NCBI GenBank assembly: GCA_963713975.1
Contig: OY970218.1
Location: forward strand, 1,696,001 to 1,760,000
Direction of reading: 5' to 3'
Origin: an uncultured Chloroflexia bacterium
GTDB taxonomy: Bacteria; Chloroflexota; Limnocylindria; Limnocylindrales; CSP1-4
DNA length: 64,000 bases
Position 1 is the stretch's first letter. The number at the start of each line of letters is the position of its first letter. Below the pieces are notes generated by a model. It was given only the letters and a program-made list of their open reading frames with translations. It was not told the origin of the DNA and searched no databases. Shown piece by piece: positions 61,086 through 64,000 of this stretch. A program made the translations under genes and the position numbers.

Positions 61086-62081
61086 GTGGCCAGCAACCAG
61101 CGTTTCCCCCATGCGCGTCGGCGCCGGCGCCCGACCCTCCGCCTGGCCCTGGTCGGCGCGGCTGCGGCCCTGGCCGCGCTGGTGATCGTCCCCGCGGTGA
61201 TCTCGGGCAGCGGCGCGGCGGTCCCCGACTCTGGTGCGACGAACGCGGACCAGGCGCCCACACCGACTGGCCAGGCGGTTGCAGGCGTCACGGCGACCCC
61301 CGCCCCCGCGACCGCACCGCCCCCCGCCCAGGTCGCCCAGTCGCCGTCGCCGGCCGCCGGGGCCGCCATCGCGCTGCGTCCCCAGGCGCTGGGTGCCGGC
61401 ATCCCGCCGACTCGGCTCGCACCCGAGATCACCGGGACCACCGCCCCGGCGCTGGGCCTGTTGACCGGCTACCGGTGGCCGCTGGCCCACCCCCGGCTCA
61501 CGTTGCCGTTCGGTCCCACGGTCTGGGGCTCGCGCCTGGTCGACGGTGAGCGGTTTCACGACGGGGTGGATCTCGCGACGTTCTGTGGCGACCGCGTGAT
61601 GGCCACTCACGCCGGAACGGTCCTCGCGGCGGGCCGCAGGTACGACGCGGTGATGGGTTGGGTCGGGGACCTGGCCCCCTACCTCCGGCGGCTCGAGAAG
61701 AAGAACCTCTGGACGACTCTGCCGATCGTGGTCGTGGTCGATGACGGCAACGGGTACCGGAGCATGTACGCCCACTTCGGCAGGATCGTGGTGAAGAAGG
61801 GACAGCAGGTACGTGCCGGGCAGCTCCTGGGCTACGAGGGCATGACCGGCCGAGCGTCGGGCTGTCACCTGCACTACGGGCTGTTCTCGCCGTGGGAGAC
61901 GTCGACCTTCCGTATCCGCCCGGACGTGGTGGCCCGCATGAAGCTTCCCAAGGCCGAGATCGCGCGCGTGGATCCGCTGCAGGTGCTGCCGCCCAAGCCC
62001 GGCATCAATGCGCCGGCCAAGCCGGATGCGTCGCCCGGGTCGCCGGACGCGTCGCCCGGGTCGCCGGACGCGAGCCCCTGA
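61086..62081 (+). CDS. M23 family metallopeptidase
   Basis: N-terminal TM; HDGVD, YAH, HLH; C-terminal PDASPGS repeats. Confidence 0.9.
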   Translation: MASNQRFPHARRRRRPTLRLALVGAAAALAALVIVPAVISGSGAAVPDSGATNADQAPTPTGQAVAGVTATPAPATAPPPAQVAQSPSPAAGAAIALRPQALGAGIPPTRLAPEITGTTAPALGLLTGYRWPLAHPRLTLPFGPTVWGSRLVDGERFHDGVDLATFCGDRVMATHAGTVLAAGRRYDAVMGWVGDLAPYLRRLEKKNLWTTLPIVVVVDDGNGYRSMYAHFGRIVVKKGQQVRAGQLLGYEGMTGRASGCHLHYGLFSPWETSTFRIRPDVVARMKLPKAEIARVDPLQVLPPKPGINAPAKPDASPGSPDASPGSPDASP

Positions 62082-62100
62082 CCCGCGTCCCGATTCCGGC

Positions 62101-63537
62101 TCAGCCTGCCCGCCGGTAGCGACGGCCCACCAGCGACCACGCCGGCAGGCGCGCCAGTGCCGTGTCCAGGTCTGGTCCGGGCCCGCCGTCGCGACGCTCG
62201 ATCGCCAGCGATGGAGCCCGGCCCGCACCGGGTCGCGCGTCCACGCCCACCAGGTCCACCACGACGCGTCCCGGCTCCGGCTCGCCCAGCTCCGCGAGCA
62301 GCGCGGCCGGCCAGTCGGGCGTGTCCGACTCGGTGCCGACTTCGCGCTCCGTCCGCCAGCGCGGACGGCGCAGGAGGATCGCCCGCCAGCCATCGGCCAC
62401 TTCGGGGGTCACCGTCCCGTCGCCGGGGACCGGAGCGGTGGAGATGTGCTCGCCGCGGGCCCACAGGGCGGCCTGGTGGAGGAGCGCGTACTCGTCCAGG
62501 TCGGCGAAGGCGCCAAGGCGCTCGGCCGGTGACCCAGCGCCGAACACGGCCCGGATGGCCGGGGCGAAGACCTCTGCGAGATCGAGGTCGATGGCCCGCA
62601 CGGTCCGGTGCAGGTAGACGTGCCGGTACATGAACAGCCGGGCGGTGAGGAACATCTCCAGGGCGCCAAGACCGGACTCGTAGAGGGTGAGACCACGCTC
62701 GGAGATGAAGCAGTAGCGGCGCAGGCGCTCGGCGTCCACGGGGCCCATCGAGACCCCGGTGAGGTAGGCGTCCCGCCGGACGTAATCCAGGTTGTCGACG
62801 GTGAACACGCCGGACAGCAGCGGCTGGAGAACCCGGACCCAGGCCGGCATCGACGGGTCCGCGATTGGTGGCTTGGAGATCAGGAGCGATACCCAGCGGG
62901 GGTCGATGGCCTCGCCGTCGGCGAAGCGGTCCCGCTCCGCCACGGAACCGGGGGCGCGCCGCAGGCCGGCGATGAGCGGCCCCAGCTCGCGCTCGATGAT
63001 GAGCTGGGAGAGGTCCTCGTGGCTCAGGGTCTTCGCACCCGGCCGGCGGGGGTCCGGAGGTGCCGGGAACGAGGCCAGGAACCGCTCGTCGAAGAAGTGC
63101 GCGAAGGGCCCGTGTCCCACGTCGTGGAGCAGGCCGGCAATCCGCAGCGTCTCGACGACGAGACCCTCGGAGGGGATGGGCTGGCCCGGCGCGATGGCGG
63201 GGAGCGCGGCGCGCAGCGACGGATACAGGGATCGCGCCCACAGCCCGGCTTCGTGCATGACGCCAAGGCCGTGGGTGAAGCGGGAGTGCTCGGCCGTGGG
63301 GAAGACCCAGCGGGCGCTCTGGAGCTGGCTGATCCGGCGGAGGCGCTGGACCCAGGCGGTGTCCAGCAGGTCGTCCTCGGCGACATCCTCGCGGGGGAGA
63401 CCGGCATCGCGGGCCTGGTCGGGCGCGAGCCGCTTGGTGAGCTCCACGTAGCCGTGGATCGGGTCGCTGATCAGGTTGACTGCCGCGAACAGGAGTCGCC
63501 GTCCGCCACGCCCGCCCGGCCCGTCCTCGAGCGTCAT
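62101..63537 (-). CDS. HD-domain phosphohydrolase (dNTPase-like)
   Basis: DPIHG, QRLRRI.QL, HSRFTH, LLHDVGHGPFAH, DNLDYVRRD. Confidence 0.92.
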   Translation of the reverse strand: MTLEDGPGGRGGRRLLFAAVNLISDPIHGYVELTKRLAPDQARDAGLPREDVAEDDLLDTAWVQRLRRISQLQSARWVFPTAEHSRFTHGLGVMHEAGLWARSLYPSLRAALPAIAPGQPIPSEGLVVETLRIAGLLHDVGHGPFAHFFDERFLASFPAPPDPRRPGAKTLSHEDLSQLIIERELGPLIAGLRRAPGSVAERDRFADGEAIDPRWVSLLISKPPIADPSMPAWVRVLQPLLSGVFTVDNLDYVRRDAYLTGVSMGPVDAERLRRYCFISERGLTLYESGLGALEMFLTARLFMYRHVYLHRTVRAIDLDLAEVFAPAIRAVFGAGSPAERLGAFADLDEYALLHQAALWARGEHISTAPVPGDGTVTPEVADGWRAILLRRPRWRTEREVGTESDTPDWPAALLAELGEPEPGRVVVDLVGVDARPGAGRAPSLAIERRDGGPGPDLDTALARLPAWSLVGRRYRRAG

Positions 63538-64000
63538 GCGCCTTCCCCGTAGCGGGCGGCGGCCTGGCGCAGCGTGGCGGCCACATCATCACGCAGGGCG
63601 GGGGGCGCCACGACCTCCACGTCGCTGCCCCACGAGAGGATCCACAGGCGGATCTCGATGGTCCCGGACACGGTCCCGCGCCATTCGAGCGACCCGTCGG
63701 CAAGCTCGGTGACCCGCTGGCTGGGGTGCCACGACGCCTCCATGACCCGCCCGGCCACCTCGGGTTGGAACCGCAGGACCACGTCGACGGCCGGCTGGTC
63801 AGCGATGATGTCCCACGCCAGCCGGAGTTGGGCGACGACGTCGGCTTCCGGAGCCTCGAAGGTCCGGGGCAGCACGGCAAGCTCCCGGATCCGCTCCACC
63901 TTGAAGGTGCGCATGGCTCCCCGGTCCTCGTCCCAGCCGATCAGGTACAGGGCGTGGGTCTGGAGCGACGGTTCCAGCAGGTAGGGGCGGACGGTGGCCT
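63534..64000 (-). CDS. WYL-domain transcriptional regulator, C-terminal part (runs off window)
   Basis: VRPYLL..LYLIGWD...MRTFKVERI, WILSWG..VEV..P..LR. Confidence 0.88.
   Translation of the reverse strand, partial: ATVRPYLLEPSLQTHALYLIGWDEDRGAMRTFKVERIRELAVLPRTFEAPEADVVAQLRLAWDIIADQPAVDVVLRFQPEVAGRVMEASWHPSQRVTELADGSLEWRGTVSGTIEIRLWILSWGSDVEVVAPPALRDDVAATLRQAAARYGEGA

Noticed and set aside
62022-62078. 21-bp tandem repeat
   Set aside because: Encodes the low-complexity PDASPGS tail of the M23 peptidase.

Overview
Very GC-rich bacterial DNA. The gene content suggests Chloroflexota- or Actinomycetota-like origin, but this is inference only. 1-29 kb holds three MalT/LAL-type STAND-LuxR regulators. 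Each is paired with a small ~80-105 aa 'DQAALHG' protein and palindromic operators, next to DUF4386-like membrane proteins, ABC exporters and catabolic or secreted genes. 29.7-33.4 kb is an orphan 1257-aa protein with an eCIS-cargo-like N-terminus. 33.6-60.9 kb is a layered insertion hotspot at the 3' end of tRNA-Arg(TCG) (60930-61006, - strand). Five extra copies of the tRNA 3' end mark the layers. These comprise an intact IS481/IS1202-like element with a 16-bp target duplication, three remnant ends of related IS, three small integrase-less cargo layers and an ~18-kb element. That element carries a large serine recombinase, a primase, a type I R-M locus and several nucleases, and its 48-bp palindromic attP can be rebuilt from the junctions. 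The window ends in an M23 peptidase, an HD hydrolase and a partial WYL gene. All calls are by-eye motif recognition; no searches were run.
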